From the NCBI GenBank assembly GCA_964247055.1, contig OZ176053.1, positions 14,012,001 through 14,076,000 of the forward strand: 64,000 nucleotides of DNA, given 5' to 3'. The notes below the pieces were generated by a model. That model had not been told where the DNA came from. It did no database searches and saw only the letters and a list, made by a program, of their open reading frames with translations. The stretch comes from Paragordius varius (taxonomy: Eukaryota; Animalia; Nematomorpha). The first letter of the stretch is position 1, and each line of letters begins with the position of its first letter. This document shows, piece after piece, positions 10,976-26,231 of the stretch. The translations under genes were made by a program, and so were the position numbers.

Positions 10976-13900
10976 ACATCACCTGATCAAATTTGGATTT
11001 TAGGTAGCCATTTTTATTTTTAAAATCGTATAAAATAAATTTTTTAAATATTAAAAAATTCATAAAAATTACATTTATACTCCGATCTCGAAAATATTTG
11101 GGGTGATGATGGAACTATCATAGGGCTACCCAAAAAAATTATAGTGACATCACCTGCTCAAATTTGGATTTTAGGTAGCCATTTTTATTTTTAATATCGT
11201 ATAAAATAAATTTTTTAAATATTTAAAAAATTCATAAAAATTACATTTATACTCCGATCTCGAAAATATTTGGGGTGATGATGGAACTACCATAGGGCTA
11301 CCCAAAAAAATTATAATGACATCACCTGATCTTGGATTTTAGGTAGCCATTTTTATTTTTAAAATCGTATAAAATAAATTTTTTAAATATTTAAAAAATT
11401 CATAAAAATTACATTTATACTCCGATCTCGACAATATTTGGGGTGATGATGGAACTACCATAGGGCTACCCAAAAAAATTATAATGACATCACCTGATCA
11501 AATTTGGATTTTAAGTAGCCATTTTTATTTTTAATATCGTATAAAATAAATTTTTTAAATATTTAAAAAATTCATAAAATTTATACTCCGATCTCGACAA
11601 TATTTGGGGTGATGATGGAACTACCATAGGGCTACCCAAAAAAATTATAATGACATCACCTGATCAAATTTGGATTTTAGGTAGCCATTTTTATTTTTAA
11701 AATCGTATAAAATAAATTTTTTAAATATTTAAAAAATTCATAAAAATTACATTTATACTCCGATCTCGAAAATATTTGGGGTGATGATGGAACTACCATA
11801 GGGCTACCCAAAAAAAATTATGGTGACATCACCTGATCAAATTTGGATTTTAGGTAGCCATTTTTATTTTTAAAATCGTATAAAATAAATTTTTTAAATA
11901 ATTAAAAAATTCATAAATATTACATTTATAGTCCGATCCCAAAGTATTTGGGGTGATGATGGAACTACCATAGGGCTACCCAAAAAAATTATAGTGACAT
12001 CACCTGATCAAATTCGGATTTTAGGTAGCCATTTTTATTTTTAAAATCGTCTAAAATAAATTTTTTAAATATTTAAAAAATTCATAAAAATTACATTTAT
12101 ACTCCGATCTCGAAAATATTTGGGGTGATGATGGAACTACCATAGGGCTACCCAAAAAAATTATAATGACATCACCTGATCAAATTTGGATTTTAGGTAG
12201 CCATTTTTATTTTTAAAATCGTATAAAATAAATTTTTTAAATATTTAAAAAATTCATAAAAATTACATTTATACTCCGATCTCGAAAATATTTGGGGTGA
12301 TGATGGAACTACCATAGGGCTACCCAAAAAAATTATAATGACATCACCTGATCAAATTTGGATTTTAGGTAGCCATTTTTATTTTTAAAATCGTATAAAA
12401 TAAATTTTTTAAATATTTAAAAAATTCATAAAAATTACATTTATACTCCGATCTCGAAAATATTTGGGGTGATGATGGAACTACCATAGGGCTACCCAAA
12501 AAAAATTATGGTGACATCACCTGATCAAATTTGGATTTTAGGTAGCCATTTTTATTTTTAAAATCGTATAAAATAAATTTTTTAAATATTTAAAAAATTC
12601 ATAAAAATTACATTTATACTCCGATCTCGAAAATATTTGGGGTGATGATGGAACTACCATAGGGCTACCCAAAAAAATTATGGTGACATCACCTGATCAA
12701 ATTGGGATTTTAGTTAGCCATTTTTATTTTTAAAATCGTATAAAATAAATTTCTTAAATATTTAAAAAATTCATAAAAATTACATTTATACTCCGATCTC
12801 GAAAATATTTGGGGTGATGATGGAACTACCATAGGGCTACCCAAAAAAAATTATGGTGACATCACCTGATCAAATTTGGATTTTAGGTAGCCATTTTTAT
12901 TTTTAAAATCGTATAAAATAAATTTTTTAAATATTTAAAAAATTCATAAATATTACATTTATAGTCCGATCCCAAAGTATGGTGATGATGGAACTACCAT
13001 AGGGCTACCCAAAAAAAATTATGGTGACATAACCTGATCAAATTTGGATTTTAGGTAGCCATTTTTATTTTTAAAATCGTATAAAATAAATTTTTTAAAT
13101 ATTTAAAAAATTCAAAAAAATTACATTTATAGTCCGATCTCGACAATATTTGGGGTGATGATGGAATTACCATAGGGCTACCCAAAAAAAATTATGGTGA
13201 CATCACCTGATCAAATTTGGATTTTAAGTAGCCATTTTTATTTTTAATATCGTATAAAATAAATTTTTTAAATATTTAAAAAATTCATAAAAATTACATT
13301 TATACTCCGATCTCGACAATATTTGGGGTGATGATGGAATTACCTTAGGACTACCCAAAAAAAATTATGGTGACATCACCTGATCAAATTTGGATTTTAG
13401 GTAGCCATTTTTATTTTTAAAATCGTATAAAATAAATTTTTTAAATATTTAAAAAATTCATAAAAATTACATTTATACTCCGATCTCGAAAATATCTTAG
13501 GTGATGATGGAACTACCATAGGGCTACCCAAAAAAAATTATGGCGACATCACCTGATGAAATTTGGATTTTAGGTAGCCATTTTTATTTTTAAAATCGTA
13601 TAAAATAAATTTTTTAAATAATTAAAAAATTCATAAATATTACATTTATAGTCCGATCCCAAAGTATTTGGGGTGATGATCGAACTACCATAGGGCTACC
13701 CAAAAAAATTATAGTGACATCACCTGATCAAATTCGGATTTTAGGTAGCCATTTTTATTTTTAAAATCGTCTAAAATAAATTTTTTAAATATTTAAAAAA
13801 TTCATAAAAATTACATTTATACTCCGATCTCGAAAATATTTGGGGTGATGATGGAACTACCATAGGGCTACCCAAAAAAAATTATGGTGACATCACCTGA

Positions 13901-14232
13901 TCAAATTTGGATTTTAGGTAGCCATTTTTATTTTTAAAATCGTATAAAATAAATTTTTTAAATAATTAAAAAATTCATAAATATTACATTTATAGTCCGA
14001 TCCCAAAGTATTTGGGGTGATGATGGAACTACCATAGGGCTACGCAAAAAAATTATAGTGACATCACCTGATCAAATTCGGATTTTAGGTAGCCATTTTT
14101 ATTTTTAAAATCGTCTAAAATAAATTTTTTAAATATTTAAAAAATTCATAAAAATTACATTTATACTCCGATCTCGAAAATATTTGGGGTGATGATGGAA
14201 CTACCATAGGGCTACCCAAAAAAATTATAATG
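10976..14232. repeat. 19-monomer HOR unit (3257 bp)
   Basis: The monomer with ATATTAAAAAATT/ACTATCAT starts at 10976 and 14233. The 4-bp deletion marker CTGATCTTGG recurs with CTTGG at 11331 and 14588. Both give 3257 bp. Confidence 0.85.
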
Positions 14233-17200
14233 ACATCACCTGATCAAATTTGGATTTTAGGTAGCCATTTTTATTTTTAAAATCGTATAAAATAAATTTT
14301 TTAAATATTAAAAAATTCATAAAAATTACATTTATACTCCGATCTCGAAAATATTTGGGGTGATGATGGAACTATCATAGGGCTACCCAAAAAAATTATA
14401 GTGACATCACCTGCTCAAATTTGGATTTTAGGTAGCCATTTTTATTTTTAATATCGTATAAAATAAATTTTTTAAATATTTAAAAAATTCATAAAAATTA
14501 CATTTATACTCCGATCTCGAAAATATTTGGGGTGATGATGGAACTACCATAGGGCTACCCAAAAAAATTATAATGACATCACCTGATCTTGGATTTTAGG
14601 TAGCCATTTTTATTTTTAAAATCGTATAAAATAAATTTTTTAAATATTTAAAAAATTCATAAAAATTACATTTATACTCCGATCTCGACAATATTTGGGG
14701 TGATGATGGAACTACCATAGGGCTACCCAAAAAAATTATAATGACATCACCTGATCAAATTTGGATTTTAAGTAGCCATTTTTATTTTTAATATCGTATA
14801 AAATAAATTTTTTAAATATTTAAAAAATTCATAAAATTTATACTCCGATCTCGACAATATTTGGGGTGATGATGGAACTACCATAGGGCTACCCAAAAAA
14901 ATTATAATGACATCACCTGATCAAATTTGGATTTTAGGTAGCCATTTTTATTTTTAAAATCGTATAAAATAAATTTTTTAAATATTTAAAAAATTCATAA
15001 AAATTACATTTATACTCCGATCTCGAAAATATTTGGGGTGATGATGGAACTACCATAGGGCTACCCAAAAAAAATTATGGTGACATCACCTGATCAAATT
15101 TGGATTTTAGGTAGCCATTTTTATTTTTAAAATCGTATAAAATAAATTTTTTAAATAATTAAAAAATTCATAAATATTACATTTATAGTCCGATCCCAAA
15201 GTATTTGGGGTGATGATGGAACTACCATAGGGCTACCCAAAAAAATTATAGTGACATCACCTGATCAAATTCGGATTTTAGGTAGCCATTTTTATTTTTA
15301 AAATCGTCTAAAATAAATTTTTTAAATATTTAAAAAATTCATAAAAATTACATTTATACTCCGATCTCGAAAATATTTGGGGTGATGATGGAACTACCAT
15401 AGGGCTACCCAAAAAAATTATAATGACATCACCTGATCAAATTTGGATTTTAGGTAGCCATTTTTATTTTTAAAATCGTATAAAATAAATTTTTTAAATA
15501 TTTAAAAAATTCATAAAAATTACATTTATACTCCGATCTCGAAAATATTTGGGGTGATGATGGAACTACCATAGGGCTACCCAAAAAAATTATAATGACA
15601 TCACCTGATCAAATTTGGATTTTAGGTAGCCATTTTTATTTTTAAAATCGTATAAAATAAATTTTTTAAATATTTAAAAAATTCATAAAAATTACATTTA
15701 TACTCCGATCTCGAAAATATTTGGGGTGATGATGGAACTACCATAGGGCTACCCAAAAAAAATTATGGTGACATCACCTGATCAAATTTGGATTTTAGGT
15801 AGCCATTTTTATTTTTAAAATCGTATAAAATAAATTTTTTAAATATTTAAAAAATTCATAAAAATTACATTTATACTCCGATCTCGAAAATATTTGGGGT
15901 GATGATGGAACTACCATAGGGCTACCCAAAAAAATTATGGTGACATCACCTGATCAAATTGGGATTTTAGTTAGCCATTTTTATTTTTAAAATCGTATAA
16001 AATAAATTTCTTAAATATTTAAAAAATTCATAAAAATTACATTTATACTCCGATCTCGAAAATATTTGGGGTGATGATGGAACTACCATAGGGCTACCCA
16101 AAAAAAATTATGGTGACATCACCTGATCAAATTTGGATTTTAAGTAGCCATTTTTATTTTTAATATCGTATAAAATAAATTTTTTAAATATTTAAAAAAT
16201 TCATAAAAATTACATTTATACTCCGATCTCGACAATATTTGGGGTGATGATGGAATTACCTTAGGACTACCCAAAAAAAATTATGGTGACATCACCTGAT
16301 CAAATTTGGATTTTAGGTAGCCATTTTTATTTTTAAAATCGTATAAAATAAATTTTTTAAATATTTAAAAAATTCATAAAAATTACATTTATACTCCGAT
16401 CTCGAAAATATCTTAGGTGATGATGGAACTACCATAGGGCTACCCAAAAAAAATTATGGCGACATCACCTGATGAAATTTGGATTTTAGGTAGCCATTTT
16501 TATTTTTAAAATCGTATAAAATAAATTTTTTAAATAATTAAAAAATTCATAAATATTACATTTATAGTCCGATCCCAAAGTATTTGGGGTGATGATCGAA
16601 CTACCATAGGGCTACCCAAAAAAATTATAGTGACATCACCTGATCAAATTCGGATTTTAGGTAGCCATTTTTATTTTTAAAATCGTCTAAAATAAATTTT
16701 TTAAATATTTAAAAAATTCATAAAAATTACATTTATACTCCGATCTCGAAAATATTTGGGGTGATGATGGAACTACCATAGGGCTACCCAAAAAAAATTA
16801 TGGTGACATCACCTGATCAAATTTGGATTTTAGGTAGCCATTTTTATTTTTAAAATCGTATAAAATAAATTTTTTAAATAATTAAAAAATTCATAAATAT
16901 TACATTTATAGTCCGATCCCAAAGTATTTGGGGTGATGATGGAACTACCATAGGGCTACGCAAAAAAATTATAGTGACATCACCTGATCAAATTCGGATT
17001 TTAGGTAGCCATTTTTATTTTTAAAATCGTCTAAAATAAATTTTTTAAATATTTAAAAAATTCATAAAAATTACATTTATACTCCGATCTCGAAAATATT
17101 TGGGGTGATGATGGAACTACCATAGGGCTACCCAAAAAAATTATAATGACATCACCTGATCAAATTTGGATTTTAGGTAGCCATTTTTATTTTTAAAATC

Positions 17201-19031
17201 GTATAAAATAAATTTTTTAAATATTAAAAAATTCATAAAAATTACATTTATACTCCGATCTCGAAAATATTTGGGGTGATGATGGAACTATCATAGGGCT
17301 ACCCAAAAAAATTATAGTGACATCACCTGCTCAAATTTGGATTTTAGGTAGCCATTTTTATTTTTAATATCGTATAAAATAAATTTTTTAAATATTTAAA
17401 AAATTCATAAAAATTACATTTATACTCCGATCTCGAAAATATTTGGGGTGATGATGGAACTACCATAGGGCTACCCAAAAAAATTATAATGACATCACCT
17501 GATCTTGGATTTTAGGTAGCCATTTTTATTTTTAAAATCGTATAAAATAAATTTTTTAAATATTTAAAAAATTCATAAAAATTACATTTATACTCCGATC
17601 TCGACAATATTTGGGGTGATGATGGAACTACCATAGGGCTACCCAAAAAAATTATAATGACATCACCTGATCAAATTTGGATTTTAAGTAGCCATTTTTA
17701 TTTTTAATATCGTATAAAATAAATTTTTTAAATATTTAAAAAATTCATAAAATTTATACTCCGATCTCGACAATATTTGGGGTGATGATGGAACTACCAT
17801 AGGGCTACCCAAAAAAATTATAATGACATCACCTGATCAAATTTGGATTTTAGGTAGCCATTTTTATTTTTAAAATCGTATAAAATAAATTTTTTAAATA
17901 TTTAAAAAATTCATAAAAATTACATTTATACTCCGATCTCGAAAATATTTGGGGTGATGATGGAACTACCATAGGGCTACCCAAAAAAAATTATGGTGAC
18001 ATCACCTGATCAAATTTGGATTTTAGGTAGCCATTTTTATTTTTAAAATCGTATAAAATAAATTTTTTAAATAATTAAAAAATTCATAAATATTACATTT
18101 ATAGTCCGATCCCAAAGTATTTGGGGTGATGATGGAACTACCATAGGGCTACCCAAAAAAATTATAGTGACATCACCTGATCAAATTCGGATTTTAGGTA
18201 GCCATTTTTATTTTTAAAATCGTCTAAAATAAATTTTTTAAATATTTAAAAAATTCATAAAAATTACATTTATACTCCGATCTCGAAAATATTTGGGGTG
18301 ATGATGGAACTACCATAGGGCTACCCAAAAAAATTATAATGACATCACCTGATCAAATTTGGATTTTAGGTAGCCATTTTTATTTTTAAAATCGTATAAA
18401 ATAAATTTTTTAAATATTTAAAAAATTCATAAAAATTACATTTATACTCCGATCTCGAAAATATTTGGGGTGATGATGGAACTACCATAGGGCTACCCAA
18501 AAAAATTATAATGACATCACCTGATCAAATTTGGATTTTAGGTAGCCATTTTTATTTTTAAAATCGTATAAAATAAATTTTTTAAATATTTAAAAAATTC
18601 ATAAAAATTACATTTATACTCCGATCTCGAAAATATTTGGGGTGATGATGGAACTACCATAGGGCTACCCAAAAAAAATTATGGTGACATCACCTGATCA
18701 AATTTGGATTTTAGGTAGCCATTTTTATTTTTAAAATCGTATAAAATAAATTTTTTAAATATTTAAAAAATTCATAAAAATTACATTTATACTCCGATCT
18801 CGAAAATATTTGGGGTGATGATGGAACTACCATAGGGCTACCCAAAAAAATTATGGTGACATCACCTGATCAAATTGGGATTTTAGTTAGCCATTTTTAT
18901 TTTTAAAATCGTATAAAATAAATTTCTTAAATATTTAAAAAATTCATAAAAATTACATTTATACTCCGATCTCGAAAATATTTGGGGTGATGATGGAACT
19001 ACCATAGGGCTACCCAAAAAAAATTATGGTG
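13200..19031. repeat. Two tandem copies of a 17-monomer HOR (2916 bp)
   Basis: TCTTAG occurs at 13495/16411 and CTTGG at 14588/17504. Unit starts are 13200, 16116 and 19032. Markers CTGATGAA, GATCGAAC and CTACGC repeat in register. Confidence 0.92.
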
Positions 19032-22000
19032 ACATCACCTGATCAAATTTGGATTTTAGGTAGCCATTTTTATTTTTAAAATCGTATAAAATAAATTTTT
19101 TAAATATTTAAAAAATTCATAAATATTACATTTATAGTCCGATCCCAAAGTATGGTGATGATGGAACTACCATAGGGCTACCCAAAAAAAATTATGGTGA
19201 CATAACCTGATCAAATTTGGATTTTAGGTAGCCATTTTTATTTTTAAAATCGTATAAAATAAATTTTTTAAATATTTAAAAAATTCAAAAAAATTACATT
19301 TATACTCCGATCTCGACAATATTTGGGGTGATGATGGAATTACCATAGGGCTACCCAAAAAAAATTATGGTGACATCACCTGATCAAATTTGGATTTTAG
19401 GTAGCCATTTTTATTTTTAATATCGTATAAAATAAATTTTTTAAATATTTAAAAAATTCATAAAAATTACATTTATACTCCGATCTCGACAATATTTGGG
19501 GTGATGATGGAACTACTAGAGGGCTACCCAAAAAAAATTATGGTCACATCACCTGATCAAATTTGGATTTTAAGTAGCCATTTTTATTTTTAATATCGTA
19601 TAAAATAAATTTTTTAAATATTTAAAAAATTCATAAAAATTACATTTATACTCCGATCTCGACAATATTTGGGGTGATGATGGAACTACTAGAGGGCTAC
19701 CCAAAAAAAATTATGGTCACATCACCTGATCAAATTTGGATTTTAAGTAGCCATTTTTATTTTTAATATCGTATAAAATAAATTTTTTAAATATTTAAAA
19801 AATTCATAAAAATTACATTTATACTCCGATCTCGAAAATATTTGGGGTGATGATGGAACTATTATAGGGCTACCCAAAAAAAATTATGGTGACATCACCT
19901 GATCAAATTTGGATTTTAAGTAGCCATTTTTATTTTTAAAATCGTATAAAATAAATTTTTTAAATATTTAAAAAATTCATAAAAATTACATTTATACTCC
20001 GATCTCGAAAATATTTGGGGTGATGATGGAACTACCATAGGGCTACCCAAAAAAAATTATGGTGACATCACCTGATCAAATTTGGATTTTAGGTAGCCAT
20101 TTTTATTTTTAAAATCGTATAAAATAAATTTTTTAAATATTTAAAAAATTCATAAAAATTACATTTATACTCCGATCTCGAAAATATTTGGGGTGATGAT
20201 GGAACTACCATAGGACCCAAAAAAATTATGGTGACATCACCTGATCAAATTTGGATTTTAGGTAGCCATTTTTATTTTTAAAATCGTATAAAATAAATTT
20301 TTTAAATATTTAAAAAATTCAAAAAAATTACATTTATACTCCGATCTCGACAATATTTGGGGTGATGATGGAACTACCATAGGGCTACCCAAAAAAAGTT
20401 ATGGTGACATCACCTGATCAAATTTGGATTTTAGTTAGCCATTTTTATTTTTAAAATCGTATAAAATAAATTTTTTAAATATTTAAAAAATTCATAAAAA
20501 TTACATTTATACTCCGATCTCGAAAATATTTGGGGTGATGATGGAACTATCATAGGGCTACCCAAAAAAATTATAGTGACATCACCTGCTCAAATTTGGA
20601 TTTTAGGTAGCCATTTTTATTTTTCAAATCGTATAAAATAAATTTTTTAAATATTTAAAAAATTCATAAAAATTATATTTATACTCCGATCTCGAAAATA
20701 TTTGGGGTGATGATGGAACTACCATAGGGCTACCCAAAAAAAATTATGGTGACATAACCTGATCAAATTTGGATTTTAGGTAGCCATTTTTATTTTTCAA
20801 ATCGTATAAAATAAATTTTTTAAATATTTAAAAAATTCATAAAAATTACATTTATACTCCGATCTCGAAAATATTTGGGGTGATGATGGAACTACCATAG
20901 GGCTACCCAAAAAAAATTATGGTGACATCACCTGATCAAATTTGGATTTTAGGTAGCCATTTTTATTTTTAAAATCGTATAAAATAAATTTTTTAAATAT
21001 TTAAAAAATTCAAAAAAATTACATTTATACTCCGATCTCGACAATATTTGGGGTGATGATGGAATTACCATAGGGCTTCCCAAAAAAAATTATGGCGACA
21101 TCACCTGATCAAATTTGGATTTTAGTTAGCCATTTTTATTTTTAAAATCGTATAAAATAAATTTTTTAAATATTTAAAAAATTCAAAAAATTACAGTTAT
21201 ACTCCCATCTCGACAATATTTGGGGTGATGATGGAATTACCATAGGGCTACCCAAAAAAAATTATGGTGACATCACCTGATCAAATTTGGATTTTAGGTA
21301 GCCATTTTTATTTTTAAAATCGTATAAAATAAATTTTTTAAATATTTAAAAAATTCAAAAAAATTACATTTATACTCCGATCTCGACAATATTTGGGGTG
21401 ATGATGGAATTACCATAGGGCTTCCCAAAAAAAATTATGGCGACCATTTTTATTTTTAAAATCGTATAAAATAAATTTTTTAAATATTTAAAAAATTCAA
21501 AAAATTACAGTTATACTCCCATCTCGACAATATTTGGGGTGATGATGGAATTACCATAGGGCTACCCAAAAAAAATTATGGTGACATCACCTGATCAAAT
21601 TTGGATTTTAGGTAGCCATTTTTATTTTTAAAATCGTATAAAATAAATTTTTTAAATATTTAAAAAATTCAAAAAATTACATTTATACTCCGATCTCGAC
21701 AATATTTGGGGTGATGATGGAATTACCATAGGGCTACCCAAAAAAAATTATGGTGACATCACCTGATCAAATCTGGATTTTAGGTAGCCATTTTTATTTT
21801 TAAAATCGTATAAAATAAATTTTTTAAATATTTAAAAAATTCAAAAAATTACATTTATACTCCGATCTCGAAAATATTTGGGGTGATGATGGAATTACCA
21901 TAGGGCTACCCAAAAAAAATTATGGCGACATCACCTGATCAAATCTGGATTTTAGGTAGCCATTTTTATTTTTAAAATCGTATAAAATAAATTTTTTAAA

Positions 22001-22960
22001 TATTTAAAAAATTCAAAAAAATTACATTTATACTCCGATCTCGACAATATTTGGGGTGATGATGGAACTACCATAGGGCTACCCAAAAAAAGTTATGGTG
22101 ACATCACCTGATCAAATTTGGATTTTAGTTAGCCATTTTTATTTTTAAAATCGTATAAAATAAATTTCTTAAATATTTAAAAAATTCATAAAAATTACAT
22201 TTATACTCCGATCTCGAAAATATTTGGGGTGATGATGGAACTACCATAGGGCTACCCAAAAAAAATTATGGTGACATCACCTGATCAAATTTGGATTTTA
22301 GGTAGCCATTTTTATTTTTAAAATCGTATAAAATAAATTTTTTAAATATTTAAAAAATTCATAAATATTACATTTATAGTCCGATCCCAAAGTATGGTGA
22401 TGATGGAACTACCATAGGGCTACCCAAAAAAAATTATGGTGACATAACCTGATCAAATTTGGATTTTAGGTAGCCATTTTTATTTTTAAAATCGTATAAA
22501 ATAAATTTTTTAAATATTTAAAAAATTCAAAAAAATTACATTTATAGTCCGATCTCGACAATATTTGGGGTGATGATGGAATTACCATAGGGCTACCCAA
22601 AAAAAATTATGGTGACATCACTTGATCAAATTTGGATTTTAGGTAGCCATTTTTATTTTTAATATCGTATAAAATAAATTTTTTAAATATTTAAAAAATT
22701 CATAAAAATTACATTTATACTCCGATCTCGACAATATTTGGGGTGATGATGGAACTACTAGAGGGCTACCCAAAAAAAATTATGGTCACATCACCTGATC
22801 AAATTTGGATTTTAAGTAGCCATTTTTATTTTTAATATCGTATAAAATAAATTTTTTAAATATTTAAAAAATTCATAAAAATTACATTTATACTCCGATC
22901 TCGACAATATTTGGGGTGATGATGGAATTACCTTAGGACTACCCAAAAAAAATTATGGTG

Positions 22961-25900
22961 ACATCACCTGATCAAATTTGGATTTTAGGTAGCCATTTTT
23001 ATTTTTAAAATCGTATAAAATAAATTTTTTAAATAATTAAAAAATTCATAAATATTACATTTATAGTCCGATCCCAAAGTATTTGGGGTGATGATGGAAC
23101 TACCATAGGGCTACCCAAAAAAATTATAGTGACATCACCTGATCAAATTCGGATTTTAGGTAGCCATTTTTATTTTTAAAATCGTCTAAAATAAATTTTT
23201 TAAATATTTAAAAAATTCATAAAAATTACATTTATACTCCGATCTCGAAAATATTTGGGGTGATGATGGAACTACCATAGGGCTACCCAAAAAAATTATA
23301 ATGACATCACCTGATCAAATTTGGATTTTAGGTAGCCATTTTTATTTTTAAAATCGTATAAAATAAATTTTTTAAATATTTAAAAAATTCATAAAAATTA
23401 CATTTATACTCCGATCTCGAAAATATTTGGGGTGATGATGGAACTACCATAGGGCTACCCAAAAAAATTATAATGACATCACCTGATCAAATTTGGATTT
23501 TAGGTAGCCATTTTTATTTTTAAAATCGTATAAAATAAATTTTTTAAATATTTAAAAAATTCATAAAAATTACATTTATACTCCGATCTCGAAAATATTT
23601 GGGGTGATGATGGAACTACCATAGGGCTACCCAAAAAAAATTATGGTGACATCACCTGATCAAATTTGGATTTTAGGTAGCCATTTTTATTTTTAAAATC
23701 GTATAAAATAAATTTTTTAAATATTTAAAAAATTCATAAAAATTACATTTATACTCCGATCTCGAAAATATTTGGGGTGATGATGGAACTACCATAGGGC
23801 TACCCAAAAAAATTATGGTGACATCACCTGATCAAATTGGGATTTTAGTTAGCCATTTTTATTTTTAAAATCGTATAAAATAAATTTCTTAAATATTTAA
23901 AAAATTCATAAAAATTACATTTATACTCCGATCTCGAAAATATTTGGGGTGATGATGGAACTACCATAGGGCTACCCAAAAAAAATTATGGTGACATCAC
24001 CTGATCAAATTTGGATTTTAGGTAGCCATTTTTATTTTTAAAATCGTATAAAATAAATTTTTTAAATATTTAAAAAATTCATAAATATTACATTTATAGT
24101 CCGATCCCAAAGTATGGTGATGATGGAACTACCATAGGGCTACCCAAAAAAAATTATGGTGACATAACCTGATCAAATTTGGATTTTAGGTAGCCATTTT
24201 TATTTTTAAAATCGTATAAAATAAATTTTTTAAATATTTAAAAAATTCAAAAAAATTACATTTATACTCCGATCTCGACAATATTTGGGGTGATGATGGA
24301 ATTACCATAGGGCTACCCAAAAAAAATTATGGTGACATCACCTGATCAAATTTGGATTTTAGGTAGCCATTTTTATTTTTAATATCGTATAAAATAAATT
24401 TTTTAAATATTTAAAAAATTCATAAAAATTACATTTATACTCCGATCTCGACAATATTTGGGGTGATGATGGAACTACTAGAGGGCTACCCAAAAAAAAT
24501 TATGGTCACATCACCTGATCAAATTTGGATTTTAAGTAGCCATTTTTATTTTTAATATCGTATAAAATAAATTTTTTAAATATTTAAAAAATTCATAAAA
24601 ATTACATTTATACTCCGATCTCGACAATATTTGGGGTGATGATGGAACTACTAGAGGGCTACCCAAAAAAAATTATGGTCACATCACCTGATCAAATTTG
24701 GATTTTAAGTAGCCATTTTTATTTTTAATATCGTATAAAATAAATTTTTTAAATATTTAAAAAATTCATAAAAATTACATTTATACTCCGATCTCGAAAA
24801 TATTTGGGGTGATGATGGAACTATTATAGGGCTACCCAAAAAAAATTATGGTGACATCACCTGATCAAATTTGGATTTTAAGTAGCCATTTTTATTTTTA
24901 AAATCGTATAAAATAAATTTTTTAAATATTTAAAAAATTCATAAAAATTACATTTATACTCCGATCTCGAAAATATTTGGGGTGATGATGGAACTACCAT
25001 AGGGCTACCCAAAAAAAATTATGGTGACATCACCTGATCAAATTTGGATTTTAGGTAGCCATTTTTATTTTTAAAATCGTATAAAATAAATTTTTTAAAT
25101 ATTTAAAAAATTCATAAAAATTACATTTATACTCCGATCTCGAAAATATTTGGGGTGATGATGGAACTACCATAGGACCCAAAAAAATTATGGTGACATC
25201 ACCTGATCAAATTTGGATTTTAGGTAGCCATTTTTATTTTTAAAATCGTATAAAATAAATTTTTTAAATATTTAAAAAATTCAAAAAAATTACATTTATA
25301 CTCCGATCTCGACAATATTTGGGGTGATGATGGAACTACCATAGGGCTACCCAAAAAAAGTTATGGTGACATCACCTGATCAAATTTGGATTTTAGTTAG
25401 CCATTTTTATTTTTAAAATCGTATAAAATAAATTTTTTAAATATTTAAAAAATTCATAAAAATTACATTTATACTCCGATCTCGAAAATATTTGGGGTGA
25501 TGATGGAACTATCATAGGGCTACCCAAAAAAATTATAGTGACATCACCTGCTCAAATTTGGATTTTAGGTAGCCATTTTTATTTTTCAAATCGTATAAAA
25601 TAAATTTTTTAAATATTTAAAAAATTCATAAAAATTATATTTATACTCCGATCTCGAAAATATTTGGGGTGATGATGGAACTACCATAGGGCTACCCAAA
25701 AAAAATTATGGTGACATAACCTGATCAAATTTGGATTTTAGGTAGCCATTTTTATTTTTCAAATCGTATAAAATAAATTTTTTAAATATTTAAAAAATTC
25801 ATAAAAATTACATTTATACTCCGATCTCGAAAATATTTGGGGTGATGATGGAACTACCATAGGGCTACCCAAAAAAAATTATGGTGACATCACCTGATCA

Positions 25901-26231
25901 AATTTGGATTTTAGGTAGCCATTTTTATTTTTAAAATCGTATAAAATAAATTTTTTAAATATTTAAAAAATTCAAAAAAATTACATTTATACTCCGATCT
26001 CGACAATATTTGGGGTGATGATGGAATTACCATAGGGCTTCCCAAAAAAAATTATGGCGACATCACCTGATCAAATTTGGATTTTAGTTAGCCATTTTTA
26101 TTTTTAAAATCGTATAAAATAAATTTTTTAAATATTTAAAAAATTCAAAAAATTACAGTTATACTCCCATCTCGACAATATTTGGGGTGATGATGGAATT
26201 ACCATAGGGCTACCCAAAAAAAATTATGGTG
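22961..26231. repeat. 19-monomer block copied from 17999-21269 (offset 4962 bp)
   Basis: AAATAATTAA occurs at 18069/23031 and TAGGACCC at 20211/25173. Diagnostic monomers are in identical order. Confidence 0.9.

Noticed and set aside
13546-13720. Hammerhead ribozyme, known from some animal satellites: variant CTGATGA at ~13553, ~16469 and ~27961 plus CGAAA in the consensus
   Set aside because: The consensus is CTGATCA, which breaks the CUGANGA core. The monomers with CTGATGA lack the downstream CGAAA (they read CCCAAAG) and have no G-C closed stem II after the core. No core was found on the minus strand.
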